Numbered from the stretch's first letter, positions 42,343 to 56,179 are shown. The stretch is DNA of 64,000 nucleotides from Moniliella sp. 'wahieum' (GCA_003971905.1 RSEE01000046.1:124001-188000); one strand, 5' to 3'. Program-made: numbers and translations. Notes: generated from the letters alone by a model not told the origin.

Positions 42343-44092
42343 AGTGCCAGGCGGGAAGAAAAAAGAGAGAGAGAAAAAAAGAAAACAAGCACGGTGCGGA
42401 TGGACGAGAAGGGGCCCTGGTGTATTCCCAGGACCACCACCGCTATGTTGGCAGTTGGAACGGTTGGGACGCAGCCCGCTCGGATAGAAGAATTCAGGTG
42501 AACCGTCGGCATGCCAGGCCCGGAGCCTAGTAGATGCTGGTTTCCCTATAGGGACAATGACTAATAATCCCTTTGTCTCGTTGAGCCCCTGTGGACCTTC
42601 ATCGTGCTTTTGCGAATATCTTGCCGCGGGACGTCTTGGCGTGGTATTGACGGGACGGTGGCACGCGTTTCAATGAGAGATGATGTCGATGATGAGATCG
42701 ATAAGATCTGAGATTCTGAGGACTGAAAGTGTACGAAATGTGGGGCTCTGTAAGTCCGGAGTTAAGTACTAAGCGAAACGCGCCGCAACGCGTAACAGCC
42801 ACTGTCTTTTGTGGTGCTTGATGTCACACGTCACATGTGTCATCGTCATCACGCCTGCGCTTTTGTGTCGCGTGTTCGTGTCTCTCTCCTGTCGCCTTGC
42901 GACGGTCGACATGCGACACTGCGTCCCCTCCATCCTATGCTCAGCGCTCACCGGTCTCTTCTATCGCCATCATGCATCTTGCACAGCTCCCCAGAGCTCT
43001 TGTTGTGCCTGTTGGGCTGGTCGGTGGGGTGGGGAAGCTGAGATTGAATATTGATCATCGATTCTGACTCTCGCAACGCACAATGCTTGCGGCTACAATA
43101 GAGGTCCCGTGCGAGTCACATGCGTAATGCATCACGCGCGCCACCACCTGTAGCAGAGTAGCTAGTAACTAGTAACGCGCACGCATGTTACACGAACAGA
43201 AGCATATTTATGTTTTGTTACCCAGTCAGAAGGGACGGGCGGCGGCAAACCGTCAGGGTACTATCGAGTGGCGCCCGCAAGCACAGGTATGCACGCACAT
43301 AGTGGTAACGATCGGAAACTGTAACGAGTACTGGCACCGCTCTGATCTCTTCTATTATTATCTCGATTCGATTACGTCTTTTGCTGCGATCGACCCTCGG
43401 TATCTCCGCCGGCTGTTGTGGCGTTTTGAGCATATATTGAGCCAGAGGCTGTTGTGGGCTCTGTAGGACCTGCTGTAGGATATGCAATACCGGCAAAACT
43501 GATAGGTGTGGCGATGCTTTTTACGGCACGGCCATCACGTTCGAGCCACAAGGAGCGAACGGCAGATGGTCATTGTCGAGGTTGTGCCCCTAGCAATGCA
43601 GGTCATAACAGTCCTTTCTAGATCATCATGACGTGCATGTGCATGATGGTCGATGATGCACCACAGATCGTCGTACCAATTCTAGTAGTAAAAAGACACT
43701 CCTGGAGCTTATTGCCTCTGTCATATTCTGTTTCATTGCATTCACATCTCATTTAAAAACTACACTGACCAAAGAAACGCGACCCCTATATTAACCGTAA
43801 AAAAGCATAAACTCGCATATACGCGTCTCAGATCATGGCGTCGCTACTTGTGGGGACCAAGCAACGGAGCCAGACAGGCAGAAGAGAGGGGGAAAAGATG
43901 ACAGGGTGCATGAGTTTTTACGGGAGATGTAAGAAGGCAACAACTGAGATGATTGATGAATATATACGGAGAGGGACAATTGGATAATCACAACGAGCAA
44001 AGTGCGTGGACGGCAGCTTGGTATCGACAGCGGTGCATACACGAGTCGAGGGACTGGGACAACAAAGGAGAGAGAAGCGAGCCCCAAGGTCA

Positions 44093-45729
44093 TTACATCG
44101 TGCCGGGCTGGCGGCAGAGGACTAGAGCCTCCAGTTGCTTCTGGGTGAGCGTCGAGGGAAAGAGAGACAGGTCCGAGTGGGGTACCAGTCCAACTTGTTC
44201 CAACAACGAACGGTCAGTCGGCTTGCGCGGAGGAAAGCTGAGGGCCGGTTCGGCGACCGCGAGATACAGTCTCGACACCCCTCATTTCCCGGTCCATTTC
44301 ACGATCAAGTTGAGCGACAAGAGGCGGTCGTGGTTGACATGCGACCAATTGTACACCCTCTGCTGCTTTCGCGTGTTGACCGCACTGTAGGCTGAAAGGA
44401 CACTGAGAAAAGGGCTGCGTGGCGCTTCGCACACCGACCCACCGTTTGACCGAAGTGCGCGCTGCACAAAGGGAGAAAGAGAAGGTTAGCTCGCGGTTCG
44501 ACACAGTGCGCAACGAGATGCCTATTGCGCAGGAGAGTTAAAGGGGGTATTATACGTACCAAGTCCGAATAAATTCCCTCGAGGAACTTGTTCATGTTGG
44601 TAATTCGGCGTCCAAAGCATTCCATCCGCACCCGGACAATGGCGCACAAGTGCCATCCCGTAATCCAAATGCGACCCTGATACTTGATGCATGCCACGGT
44701 CTGATCCGGGGCCTTTTCCTGGGACCACGAAGTACCGAGCGTGCTGCGCTGATGCAGCACTGCCACCGTTTTGTCCCCCTCTGCAAGGAAAAGAATGTCG
44801 GGGAGAGCAAAGCGGTGAACGATGGGCAAGCTCACCGTGTGATGGTCCATCGGCTTGGACCGGGGCAAGTCCAGCTGAAGCTGAGCAAGGGGGAGGCGAG
44901 GCCGCTCGGTATACTCCAGCGCAAAGGTAACCATGCCTTGACTGGCAGAAGCTTGTCGCGAGAGAATTACCGCTCCTTCGGGAGGGCGAATACGGGTCTG
45001 GCCCGGGCCCGGGAATTCGTCAAAGACGGCAGGAGCCACTTGGATCCAAGTTTGAAGAACTCGGATAAACTCGGTGGGACTCTGTTCTTCAGGTCGAGGC
45101 GGTGCTGACTCGGCAGGAACCGAAACCATATTAGGCGGGGGAGATGGACCAGTCGAACCAACGGAATGGGCAGGCCAAGGGGGACGGTAGGATGAAGAAT
45201 CGTTGCGGGGAACTTGGTTGGCTGGCCAATCGGACGAGATTCTTGGAACGACCGAGGACAGGGTTGAGCGTCTAGGTCTTTCCAGTGGAGGCAGAGAGAA
45301 GGAACCATTCTCAGACTGGAATGCATCCGCCTTGCTGCGCTCGCTCTGTGCCCCTTCACTAATTCGATGGGTTGGAGGTGCGGTGGGCCAGCGAGACTGA
45401 CTTTCATGGCTGCGCCTGTACGGGTGGAAGCGTTGCTGTTGTTGCTGAGAGAGGGGATCGTCACACATAAACCGCACCATACTCATTTGGCGCTCGTCCC
45501 GCTCGACCTCCGGATGGGGGAAAGAAGGGTTATTGGGGTCCTCCCACCAGTTTGCTGGCCGTTCCATCGCGGGATGGTGCGCAGAAGGCGGCTCAACCCC
45601 GGGCGCAGAAGAAGGCCATCGGCTGAGGGAGAATTGGGTCGGGTCCGAGGTGGGTGACGGGGCGTACTTGTCCGCTGCTGGTAGAGGCGGGTAGGGTCCC
45701 GAGGCATAAATGTGGGGATGCATCGCCAT
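44093..45729 (-). CDS. Divergent STE-domain (Ste12-like) transcription factor
   Basis: VACIKYQGRIWITG..ECFGRRITNMNKFLEGIYSDL, intron 44462-44559, RALRSNGGSVCEAPRSPFL..VNTRKQQRVYNWSHVNHDRL, LDREMDREMRG, AVAEPALSF..SLLEQ. These match the STE signature blocks in order. Confidence 0.85.
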
Positions 45730-48090
45730 GTAGGGTGTGGACGCGAAGAAGGGGGGGGGAGGGAGTGCACGAGGGGAGGTTGTGCGTGTGTGGCGAAGGC
45801 TTAAATGGGCGTCGACTGTATGAAAAAGGAGGCTGCGCACTGCCCAATCCAGCGGCTCGGGTGTCAGTCTGTGTTAGTACCGGCTGTAGCCTGCCGCTGA
45901 CCGAGCTGGGCCGGTCTGGATATCTTTATTTGCGGTGCCTGTGCGTCTCGCATGACACGACGCGGAGCCGTGATGGAAAATAGACACCGCACGAGCGATG
46001 AGTCGATGGGGTCAGGCGGTGGCGCTGGCGGGGGCGAGGGTGCGGCCTGGCCTGGGCCTGGATTAGCGGTGGTACGTGCCGGCCGCTGCCGAGCGTCGGG
46101 GGCAGGGTGGCGGGGAAGTGTAGCCAGAGGCCTCGGCCAGTGCTTGGGTGAATTTGCAATCCGTCTCGCTTTGTCCCCGCCATCAATTTGGGACGGCGGG
46201 CAGGAGGCCGGTGTGCGCGCGCAAGTTGCACGGTGTATTTGCAACAGCTTCCCCTCTGTCATGGCGACAACATACCCACCACAGACCCTGTTGCAATTGG
46301 CACCAGAATGCGCCCTACCTGACCCTACCTTGTCTTTCCCTCCAAACCGCTCGTGGAAATTGGCGATTGCGCGGCCCCGCTCCTCTTGCCCCTTTCATAT
46401 GCGCTGGCCGGGCATATACGAGCCAATGACCCAAGTCCTACGAGGCTCACCCAGCTGGCACTCATATATACAGGCTGCGCTCTGCTAATTAGGAATTTGA
46501 GCAGAGATCCACACACATTCAGTCCCTCCCCCCCGAGAGGCCTGGCAACGCAGTGTGTGGGCAAAGCAGGGTAGAGCACTGCATATCACGGACGCTTTAC
46601 GAGGGTCATCGATCATCGCTGTCATGTCGTGAACGGAGACACTCCAACGGCTTGCTATCCCTATGCCAACACGCGTCTCAAAACCGGTAAGTGGATATAA
46701 CACTCCAAGCTGGAAGCTTCAGGCTTCACAAGCTTCACATGCACTTCACATAGCATAGCACAAATATATCGCCGTCGACGGTTGTGTTTAGTGCATCTCG
46801 ACAGCTGTAACATGTAACACGCACAACCTGAGGTTGTAACAGAGTAAAAAACAAAGACCAATATAACAGAGATGTGCGGACAGCAGCAGACAGCAGCAGA
46901 CAGCCGTCCCCGAGTAATTGATTATTGTGGGCGTATGTTAGGCATGAGATCGAGAGGCGTGGCTTAGCAGTGTGTTTTGCCAGACATTTTTCTTGACAAT
47001 ATCGCACGACGTCGGTGACTATTGCTGATACAGCAGGCAGGAAACGCGGCGGGGTGCTGTGGCAGTCAAAATACGAGATGATCGTGTTGATGTTGGACGT
47101 TCGGGGTGGAGAGGGGCATGGATATAAAGGAGAAAATGCCTGACAATCACATTACGGAGAAGTCAGTACTCATTCTAGTCACCAGTCACTACTGTCACTT
47201 GAAGAGAAAGAGAGGCCTCATCTCCTGAGTATCCTGAGAGCGCTAAGCGCTTGTGAGCGCCTCAGCGCCTCGACATTTGAGACGTTGATGGTCGTCCGCA
47301 CATTGCGCCCATCGTATGATACCAGATCTCTCTTACGTCCCAGCCGTGACAAAACGTGACACCAGGAGCGTTCATCGACATCACGGCTGCAGCCATGCCG
47401 CAAAGGCAGGAGTACACAGCCGAGCCAAGCCGAGAGAAACGAGAAAAACTTGGGTTTGTACACATGTTATACACCCTGTTGTATACACCCTCGTCTTCAA
47501 GCTTCACAGCAGGTGAGTAACTGAGTGCCAGTCTCACGCAGTCCGTCCGCCATGGGACGATCTCCCGACTCTGACACCCCGCGGACCGCCCGGTTGCTCA
47601 GGACACGGACAGCTTTTTATATAGCAGCTTGAAAAAACACGTCTGATTGTCTGGCCACACGGCCAGATTGACAAGGGCTTCTTCCAGGGCGTCAGACGTC
47701 AGCGTCAGGGTTAGACGGCGGGCAGCCGTAAGGCGTAACGTGCAACCCCAGCCTGCGGCCTGCTAGGGTTGCCGCAGGAAGCACACGAGCGGGATGGATT
47801 GCGCGCACAAGGCTGGCGCCGTGCGGGAGGCGGCGGCGGCTGCTGGCCAGCACGGCTGCTGCCCCACCTTTTCCTTCGCGCTGCCCCGCATCCAGGCGCG
47901 ATGGTCGATCGATGCGTGGGGCGCGCCGCGCACGTGACGGCGCCTGCTGAACTTGAACTTTTGCGCCTCGCTTTTCCCCCGCCGCTGCTGCCCCCCCCCC
48001 CCCCGCTGCCCGCCGCTGCCCCGACGGCCCCCCACTGGCCCCCACCGCCCCACCACCACCCGCCCCACCACCGCCACCCCGTCCGGGACG

Positions 48091-51000
48091 ATGCTTTTCC
48101 CGCCCTTCCACCCGTCGGCGCAGCCGCCGTCCGCCGCGCCCCCCAGCCGCCGAGCCGTCGCGCCGAGCCATCCTCGACAGCTCCTATGCCCCGCCCCCGC
48201 CCACCCCGCCTACGAGCCACCTGGCCCCAGCCGTGCGTCCGTGCCGCGCATCCATCCATCCTCGCCTCCGCGCGCCCTGCCCCCCCTCACGCCGGCACCC
48301 GCGTCCCAAACCGCACCACGCCTCGCCGCCACCCCGCCCCTGCCGACCACGTCGCCCCGCTCCGGCTTGCTCAACCGTCCTTCCCGCCGCCTCCGTCGTA
48401 CTACAGCCCAGAGATCCCTTCCATTCCTCAGTTGCACCCGCACCCGCACCCTCCACCGAGCCCGCGTCAGCCCGCCTCACCCCTGGATTATGCCGCTCAT
48501 CCGCCTCTCCCGGCCCCGCCCCCGCCTTCCGCTCCGACCTCGCGTTTCCCTGCTCCACGCAAGTCGGTCGAAGTTCCCCGCTCACCGGCTAGCACACAAT
48601 TAGGTACGATGCTTTCTTTTGAAGGGTGTATACAGGGCGATCGCTGACTTGATCACGATGCCAGATTGGAGTGCTCACCCCACTGACCGGGCATCCGCTC
48701 AGTTCGGCCTTCCGCTGACTTGGGTCGCCGGTCAGTACGGCCTTCGGCTGATATGGGCTCCCGCGCTGTTCGCCCATCTGCCGATTTGGGGCGCCGGTCA
48801 GACGGCCTTCTGCTGATATGGCTCCCGCTCTGTTCGCCATCTGCGCCGATTTGGGGCGCCGTCAGTACGGCCTCTGCTGATATGGGCTCCCGCTCTGTTC
48901 GCCCATCCACTGATATGGGTCCCCGTTCAATTCGGCCCTCCGCTGATTTGGGGTATCGATCTGTGCGGCCTTCGGCCGATATGGGCCACCGCTCCCCGCG
49001 ACCCTCGCCTGGTCCGTACTTGCGTCCACCGCGTCTCTCCTCGGATGTAGGCCGGCGACAGTTCGTCCCTCGGCTGATCTGGGCACTCGTCTGTTCGACC
49101 CTCGACCGATCTGGGAAGCCGAACAGTCCGTCCTTCTGCTGACTACGGCTCGTGGCCAATGCGCTCGGCCCAACCCTTGGCCGACCCCAAGGCGCGGCTA
49201 CCCCGCCTTTCTTTCTTCCGACCTGGGCTTGCGCGCTGTTCGTCCTTCAATGGACTTGCGACCACAGTCTTTGCGTACATCAACCGACCTGGGGGCGCGT
49301 TTGCGTCACCGATCCTCGGGAGACCTTTCTCGTCCGCCCCGCCGTTCTGGCGAAGTCCCACGTTACCCACCTGCAGAAAAGAAGAAGAACGCTCCAGTGA
49401 GTGGGCCACTTCCAACGCCAACCGGCCGCTGCAGTCTCATCTCGCCCCTCGCACACCTTCATCTCATCAGATAATGTTTGGGATGATGAATTACCTAGCG
49501 ATGTCCGCAAGCTCACTAGGGGGTGGTCGGAACCGAGGGCGCCAGATCGAGAAGGGCAAAGAGCAAACAGGTGGTGATTCTGCATGGAGGCGTAAGCGCA
49601 GTTCGCCCCCTGAGTACGAGGAGAAGAAGAGCTGGCTTCTCCCGAGCCATCCTCGGATCGCGAGGCGGGAACTCCCAACATGGTGTGCCGCTTCCTCCCT
49701 CCCCTACCATCCGCTTTCCTCACAACTTGTCACCGAAGGAGCCAATCTCTCTCTCTGCGTTAATGTCCCCACCTTCGTCTCCTGAGGAGTCAGACTCACC
49801 AGATGTTGCCTCAGTCCCCTCCGCCCAGCCCAGAGGCTCCGCTTCATCAAACGGTTCGACGACGCACATACCTTCCATTCCCTCTGAAGCGAATGCAACG
49901 CCTCATTCATGGACCGAGAAATTCCTGCTCACCGGACCGCACCCTTCAGCAGCCAAGCCATCTGCCATCTGCACCCATTTCGGCTGCCCTGGATGACATG
50001 CTCCCCTCCCCCCCACCCACGTATTTTCAACTCAGGATGAGGACGACATGCTCCCACCTACCCACGTCTTTTCGGTTCAAGACGATGAAGGAAATGAAAG
50101 TGACTCGTCTACCATTGCAAATCCATTCCCAGGCTCTTTTGCCCGAGCTTTCCTCCCCCAAGCGGCTAAGATCGACGTGGTCGACACAGCTTCTATTGCC
50201 CACTCGGACGTAACGCTCGAGTCGCGCTTCATTCCAGGTGGCCTCCCCACTACTTTGGGGCGGAGAGGTACGGCCTATGCACCACCAACCCTGGGGTGCA
50301 GCATGGAACCGGAACCGTCGCCTGAACCATCTCATACTTACAGCCACCGCTCGGGTCGAACAGAAAGGAGTTTCTTGCGCCTCCCTCTGCTCCAGCATCA
50401 GAGTGGAGCAGTGATGGAGCACAGAAGGTTGGGCCACCCCTCTCTTGGGCGGAGACTCGGCTCCGTTGTTGACCCAAACGAAAACCGGGATACGGTTGCA
50501 CCGGATGACACGAGCACCCCACGAGTACACTCTCTTCCCCTTCCGAACATGGACAGTGTTTGGTCCCCTCGTCTAGCTGGCGTTGCCGCTGCTGAAGCTT
50601 GGCTCCACATGCCGAGGCCAGAGGACGCAAGAGCAGATGTTACTGCAGCCAGTGCCACCGGAGAAGAGGTCACTGCAGCCAGTGCCGCCGGAGAAGGGGC
50701 CACTGCAGCCGAGGCCGCAAGAGCAGAAGTCACCGGAACCGAGGCTGCAGGAGCCGAGGCCGCGAGGGCAGAGGTCAAGACTCCAACAGCTACTACCTTT
50801 TTCCCCGAATCCGAGTCGGAGGCTAGCCAGAGACCGAGACCGAGACCGAATCAGAGTCGGAGGAGGGCAGCGAGGAGGAAAGTGAGGTAAGTGTAAGCGA
50901 GAGCGCGCAGTCCACATCATCTGAGGATGAATCCGAGGGTGAATCGGAGGATGAATCGGAAGACGAATCGGAGGATGAATCGGAGGATGAATCGGAGGAT

Positions 51001-54000
51001 GAATCTGAGGATGAATCTGAGAATGAAAACGTACTTGCCGCCAATCTTGCTACCCCTCCGCTACGCATTCCACCTCACGACGATTTCAGGCGACCTCTTT
51101 CCCCTCACGCTGCAACCCCCAGGGCTGTTGCGACCGTTTCTCCTCCCTCTCACCCGCTTGTGCCTGAGCAGGCTGCATCGCGCAACCACTCTTCCGGGTC
51201 GGATCCCCACATTGCACCCCGGTCGTTAGATGCACAACGTCCTGCACCAGCACGTGAAGAACATCATTCCTCTGAGTGGTGGAGAGACAGCACTGCACCC
51301 CTGTGCACCCACCCTGGCAGCGCCCTTTGTAATCCCTCCACAACCGGTCCCAGCTGATGGTTCTAAGGCGGCGGCGAGTGTTGGTACCCATTCATCTACC
51401 ACTCCAGAGGGATGGGCTAGCCCCCCCGAATCCCAAGCCGCCTCGGAGTCAGCTGACTCTGCCAAACGGGGCGAGACCATTCATGATGCGCCTCTACACA
51501 GGACAGGAGGAGGAACCGACCGATGACGGACACGAAAAGTGGGAGATGCCTGGCCTTGCTCCTGCGGATATCCCGACCCGATCATTGGTGTCTATCCTCG
51601 CCCCCGGTAACGTCCCATTGGATGATGCCGCTTCGGCCAGCGAGGATGGCTCTGATCTCAATTCCCCCACCCTCCGTGAACTTTGGCCAAGACCTAGAGT
51701 CCAATATGGATGTGACGACTCCGACATGGACTTGGCCCTGTTCCTTCCCCCGGGCTTGTCCGCGGATGAGGCGGCGCGGCACTTCAAGCCATGCAATCTA
51801 CTAGGGATTTGATGCGCAGATGGATCCTGAACACGGGCAAGTGTATATGGGAGAAATGATGGACGATGCGCCGGAGACCGAGTTGATGCAAAGTACGTCT
51901 ATTTTTTCCCACTGTTACTTTTTGACATTGCTACCACAGCCGTTGCAGAATCAACAAGTGGGTCATCCAGTACCTCTGAGGTGCCTATGGTACAAGGCGG
52001 CTTTGGGGCCAAACCAGAACCCGTCTTGAATCAAGAGTCTACGCCTTTGGACCTAATGGGAAAAAACGCGCGTCTTCTTCCGTCTTAAGATTGCCCGCTC
52101 ATTCTTCTATTGTACCTGGCGACGATTCGAAATTCGCCCCGACTCTGATGGCAGGTCTCTACCCACTGCACCGGAGAGCCGTCATCTGGATGAACATTTT
52201 CCAGATGAGTCGAGGCAGCAAGACCATCGAATCCCGTGTGTTGGCGACGAGTGTGCAGCAGCCGTCGCCTTCGATCACGATATGTACAGGCCAATGCCCT
52301 CAAACGACACCGGCCGCTCTCCTTTCCTCAATCTTGATTCGCCCGAGGGTTCGACAGATGAGTCGGAGTCGGAATCGGAGTCGGAGTCGGACTCGGAATC
52401 AGAATCGTCGTCGGGGTCACAGTCAGATTCCAATCCAGGCAAATTGACTGTCTCCCACCCTGTCCAAAATTCAGTCAATCGAGGGTTTCTCTCCGTGGGC
52501 CCCACGCCTCAGACGGTGTCGCATTCCTCCACTGTTAGAAGGGTGGTGCCTCTGCTGTGGAACTAGCGTTGTACCTCAAGCGCGCTATGCTACAAGGGAG
52601 ACCATGTCCGATGCGTCATCCGAATCCGACCCCAAGCTAGAGGACAAGAGTGAGAGGAGGAGGCTGATGGAGAAGGTAACGATATCGACGAGGAGGAGGT
52701 GCAAGAACAGAGTGAATCAGAGACAGAGAAACGATCGGGTGGGTCTCCTCTGCGCTCTGGGGTTGAGCAAACCTCCATCGGCACCAAAATCTCACCTGAA
52801 TTGGAAACCCGGGGCGGTCCTGCATCTGCTGCTGGAAAAACGCGCGAAGTCCTGCATTCCCTTCCAATTTCGACTCACTTGTCCCCCATGTCAACAGTAA
52901 CCCCGGGGGATGATCCATTTGCCTCACTTGTGCCTGTTGCAAAGGCCCAAGTGGTGCAGCACGCGAACGAAGCTGATCTTCACCCACAATCGGGGCAGAA
53001 CGCGAACCATGCGGGCCTCATTCCCGAGGATGTGAACAGCTCTGACCAAGAGTCCGAGCGGCTCTCCAGGGAAGAGGATGAGCCAAGCCTTCATGAAGGA
53101 CCTGAGCAGAGTTCAGACGAAGAGGGGAGCGAGGAACAGTCGGACACGACAAGGACGAGACGAATCCACGGAGAATGCAGTCCTCGGACAGCAACTCCTG
53201 ATCGTGGCCATCACATTCTACCGAATCGTTTGAGCGGGCGCGTGAGCCCGACCAAATCCAGCAACCCATGCTATTGGCTAAGGGAAAGGCCGTTTCTGGC
53301 GGGCAGGGAGATGCGTTTTCTCGGACGGAAACATTTCCCCCCAGTTCGACCGAACCAGTAGGACAAGAGGTATTACCCTTTCCCCCGCAGACACCTGCCT
53401 ATTCTACCGCACCTCCGCTTGGTGCGAATGTGCCCAATGCCGAGGCTGCTTCAACAGAAACGGAGTCGGAAGACGCGGAGTCTGAAGATGATTCCGAATA
53501 CGATTCCGAATATGACTCGGAGTCGGAAGAGCTCCGAGGACGAGAGTTCTGAGGAAGAGGAGGATGCGGCTTCCGAAGGAGAGAGCTCCGAGGAGGGAAG
53601 CTCGGATGACCAGAACTCCGATGCAGGCGAGACGCACGAGGCTGAGTCGGACGATGGACAAGGTCTCGGCGTTGGTACCTGTCCCGGCCTCTTTCGGAAT
53701 CGTGGGTCATGATTCTCAAATCCTACACGATCGAGTACCTGATAATGATCAAGCCCAGGTTCGCGAGCCCGAAATGCAGGTTATGCCCAAACCTGTTCCC
53801 CTCCAAGAGCCATTGACAATGAAGACTCGTGCGGTCCAGTTACACATTGAGTCGCCCCACAAAACACCCAAAGGTTCGGATGAACTGACTCCTCGCATCG
53901 GCGCCACTCCCAGTGGACTTTCTGTGACGGAGTCTCTGGCGGCGGCTCGCAAACGGGACGAAGAACATTGGACTCGGAGGCCCCTGACAACACCATTGGC

Positions 54001-56179
54001 ATTGTCTTCTAATCTTGGCATTCCGTCTGGTAACTCATTGCCGATGCATTCTCCTGCTGTGACTACCCCTGGCACGGCAGAGCCCATGGACGACGTCCTT
54101 TTGGATTCGGACCCCGAAGAGCCACTCGCGGCTGCCGATCTCGCCCAAGTCACATGGCTCAACCCACGTCCAACTTTTTGGACGATGACCGCGAGGAGGA
54201 AACATCTGAGAAGAGGGTTCATCCAAGACAAGCAGTGAGAACGGCTCGGTCCTCGATTCCGAGTCTGAGTCTGAGTACGATTCGGAATACGACTCTGAAT
54301 CGGAAGAGTCTGAGGAAGATGACTCATCCGAGGAGGAGCACGGCCGCTACCGCAGGTATCCTGATGCAGGAGCTTCGACTGGTAGCAGTTCAATTGCTCA
54401 CCGCAGAGGTACGGTTCCTCCTCCGATTACGACGGATGTATCGCCCTCCGTGGCGCCCATGCGGGAGGGCAACTCATCCAGCGAGGTGCGGATTGATGAG
54501 GGAGAGGTGATGAGCACAATCTTTTCGCGGCAGACTCGCGCGCCGCAGAAGATATGTATTCCCGCTCTCCTGCCAAGCCATCAATGGGTCCTGGGGCACT
54601 TACTGGAGCAGCAACTGTTGCCGGCTTGAAGATGGCAGGGGAGACCAAGGAACCGACTTCCTCTGCAAGTCGTCGTGGGATGACACAGCGGGGACTTGAC
54701 ACTACGAATGCAGCTCGTCGATCCAAGTCTCCTTCCACTCTCTCGACAGCTTCTCGGCATGGGCCTCCAAGCCCTCCTGAGCGAAACGCCGCCCTCTCGG
54801 ACCGTGTTATCCTCCACACGTGGTCCATCTCCCTCTACATCTCATGCTTCACAAGTTCCTCCCAAGCCCGTCGGGCGGGGTGCTCCTCCCATCGTCATTC
54901 CAGACTATATTCAAGTCCCACGAACTCAGCAAGCCCGTTTGCACATGGATCTCCTTCTTGACCTTCGACGCTCCATGCCGCGCCAGCCTCGAATTCACCG
55001 ACAACGGAGGAGGCTGCTCCCCAACTTCGCGCAGCAGCGGATGGGCATGGCCCATGGCTGGTTGGGGAGGGGCAAGCAAGGCTGGGCCAAGGTTTGACCC
55101 AGTTGACTTGATTGGCCGTCTGGAACCTGTGCTGCATGCGCAGGCTCAAGGCAAGTCCCTGTCTAAGCAAGCTATGCGACGGGACGAGCTTGAGCGAAAG
55201 CCAGTCATTCTTCCCGGAACAAGCGTGCCATTGTCCAACTTGCGAGCCCGGCCAAGTCGCGGGACGGATGGGTATGTGGCCCCAATGCCACCTGGCACTT
55301 CGAGCAACTCTGGTGCGCGCATGGCTGCGTCGGCCAAGCCGGCTAGCCTTGTGCAGATGGGACGTAGTTCGACGAGCCCTCCAATGCGCCGCTCGACAGG
55401 TGCCAACGCACCACCACAGAGCGTTGTCTCGGTCAAGGTCTTTATTGCAACGAAGACACGCCCCCTCATCCTGGACATCAACCCCGACGAATTCACCGCC
55501 CGTGACTTCGTACTTGATGTGATGGCCAAAGCCAAGGTGCATCCCGAGTTGGACGACCATACTCCAGGGGGCTGGTGTCTGTTTGACGTGAGCGCAGACC
55601 TGGGTCTAGGTACGTTTTTCTCTCGTTCACTTTATCCAATTACTAATGCCTCTATGACCAGAACGGCCGCTCCGCGAGAGCGAGGAGTTGGGCGAAGTGC
55701 TTCGCACTCGCTATAATCCTGCAGCTGATTACCTTTACTTACGGCGTACTGAGATTTCGTCGAGTCTCTCCCTCCGTTCAGTCCCGATGGTGGCGCCTTC
55801 TCTGGCCGGCCTGGTGTATGTTCGGGACAGGAGGGGCAAGTGGAGCAAGCGTTGGCTGGAGCTTGCCAACAACATCCTCATCCACTCCAAGAACATGTCG
55901 GGCAAAGATGAAGTACTCATTGGTGGATTGGACGAGTGGGATATTGAACTCTGTCATGACTTGAGCCCGGACGTGGTCAAGTACCCCCAGTCATTTAACT
56001 TTGCGGTCCGTCGTCAAGTCCGGTTTCACCCAGCTGATGGCCGCACGGCAGTCGTCTACTTTTCAACGGACGACCCGACTGTACAGCGCGACTGGATCCT
56101 CACCATCCTGCTCGCCCGCACGTATGTGCTAAAGCAGGAGCACCAACAACCCGCCATCGGTTCCTCTGCACGACGATGA
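48091..56179 (+). CDS. Very long disordered protein (Pro-rich, repeat and acidic regions) with C-terminal RA/ubiquitin-like and PH domains; may be more than one gene
   Basis: C-terminus VSVKVFI..FTARDFV..GGWCLFDVSADLGLERPLRE (intron 55610-55661), then PH domain LAGLVYVRDRRGKWSKRWLEL..DWILTILLARTYVLKQE. Upstream ORFs run continuously on the + strand with introns at 48604-48664 and about 51894-51939. Confidence 0.6.
48690..49130 (+). repeat. 33-bp coding minisatellite, about 9-12 units, encoding RPSAD(L/M)GxRSV
   Basis: Units such as ggccttcggctgatatgggctcccgcgctgttc and gcccatccactgatatgggtccccgttcaattc. Confidence 0.9.
50922..51026 (+). repeat. 12-bp coding tandem repeat (GAATCGGAGGAT)n encoding (ESED)n
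   Basis: About 8 near-perfect units. Confidence 0.85.

Noticed and set aside
43330..43593. Cys-rich + strand frame (GCCGLCRTCCRIC) with an in-frame TGA, suggesting an effector or selenoprotein
   Set aside because: There is no start codon or clear signal peptide and no SECIS evidence. The Cys codons arise from a low-complexity ctgt repeat.
44093..45729. Mating-type locus assignment based on STE and HMG genes
   Set aside because: No pheromone precursor, STE3 receptor or homeodomain pair was seen, and the HMG protein is of the chromatin double-box type.
48690..49130. Possible CRISPR-like array (regular repeats of about 33 bp)
   Set aside because: Units are contiguous with no unique spacers, are a multiple of 3 and encode a peptide repeat. 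The context is eukaryotic and there are no cas genes.
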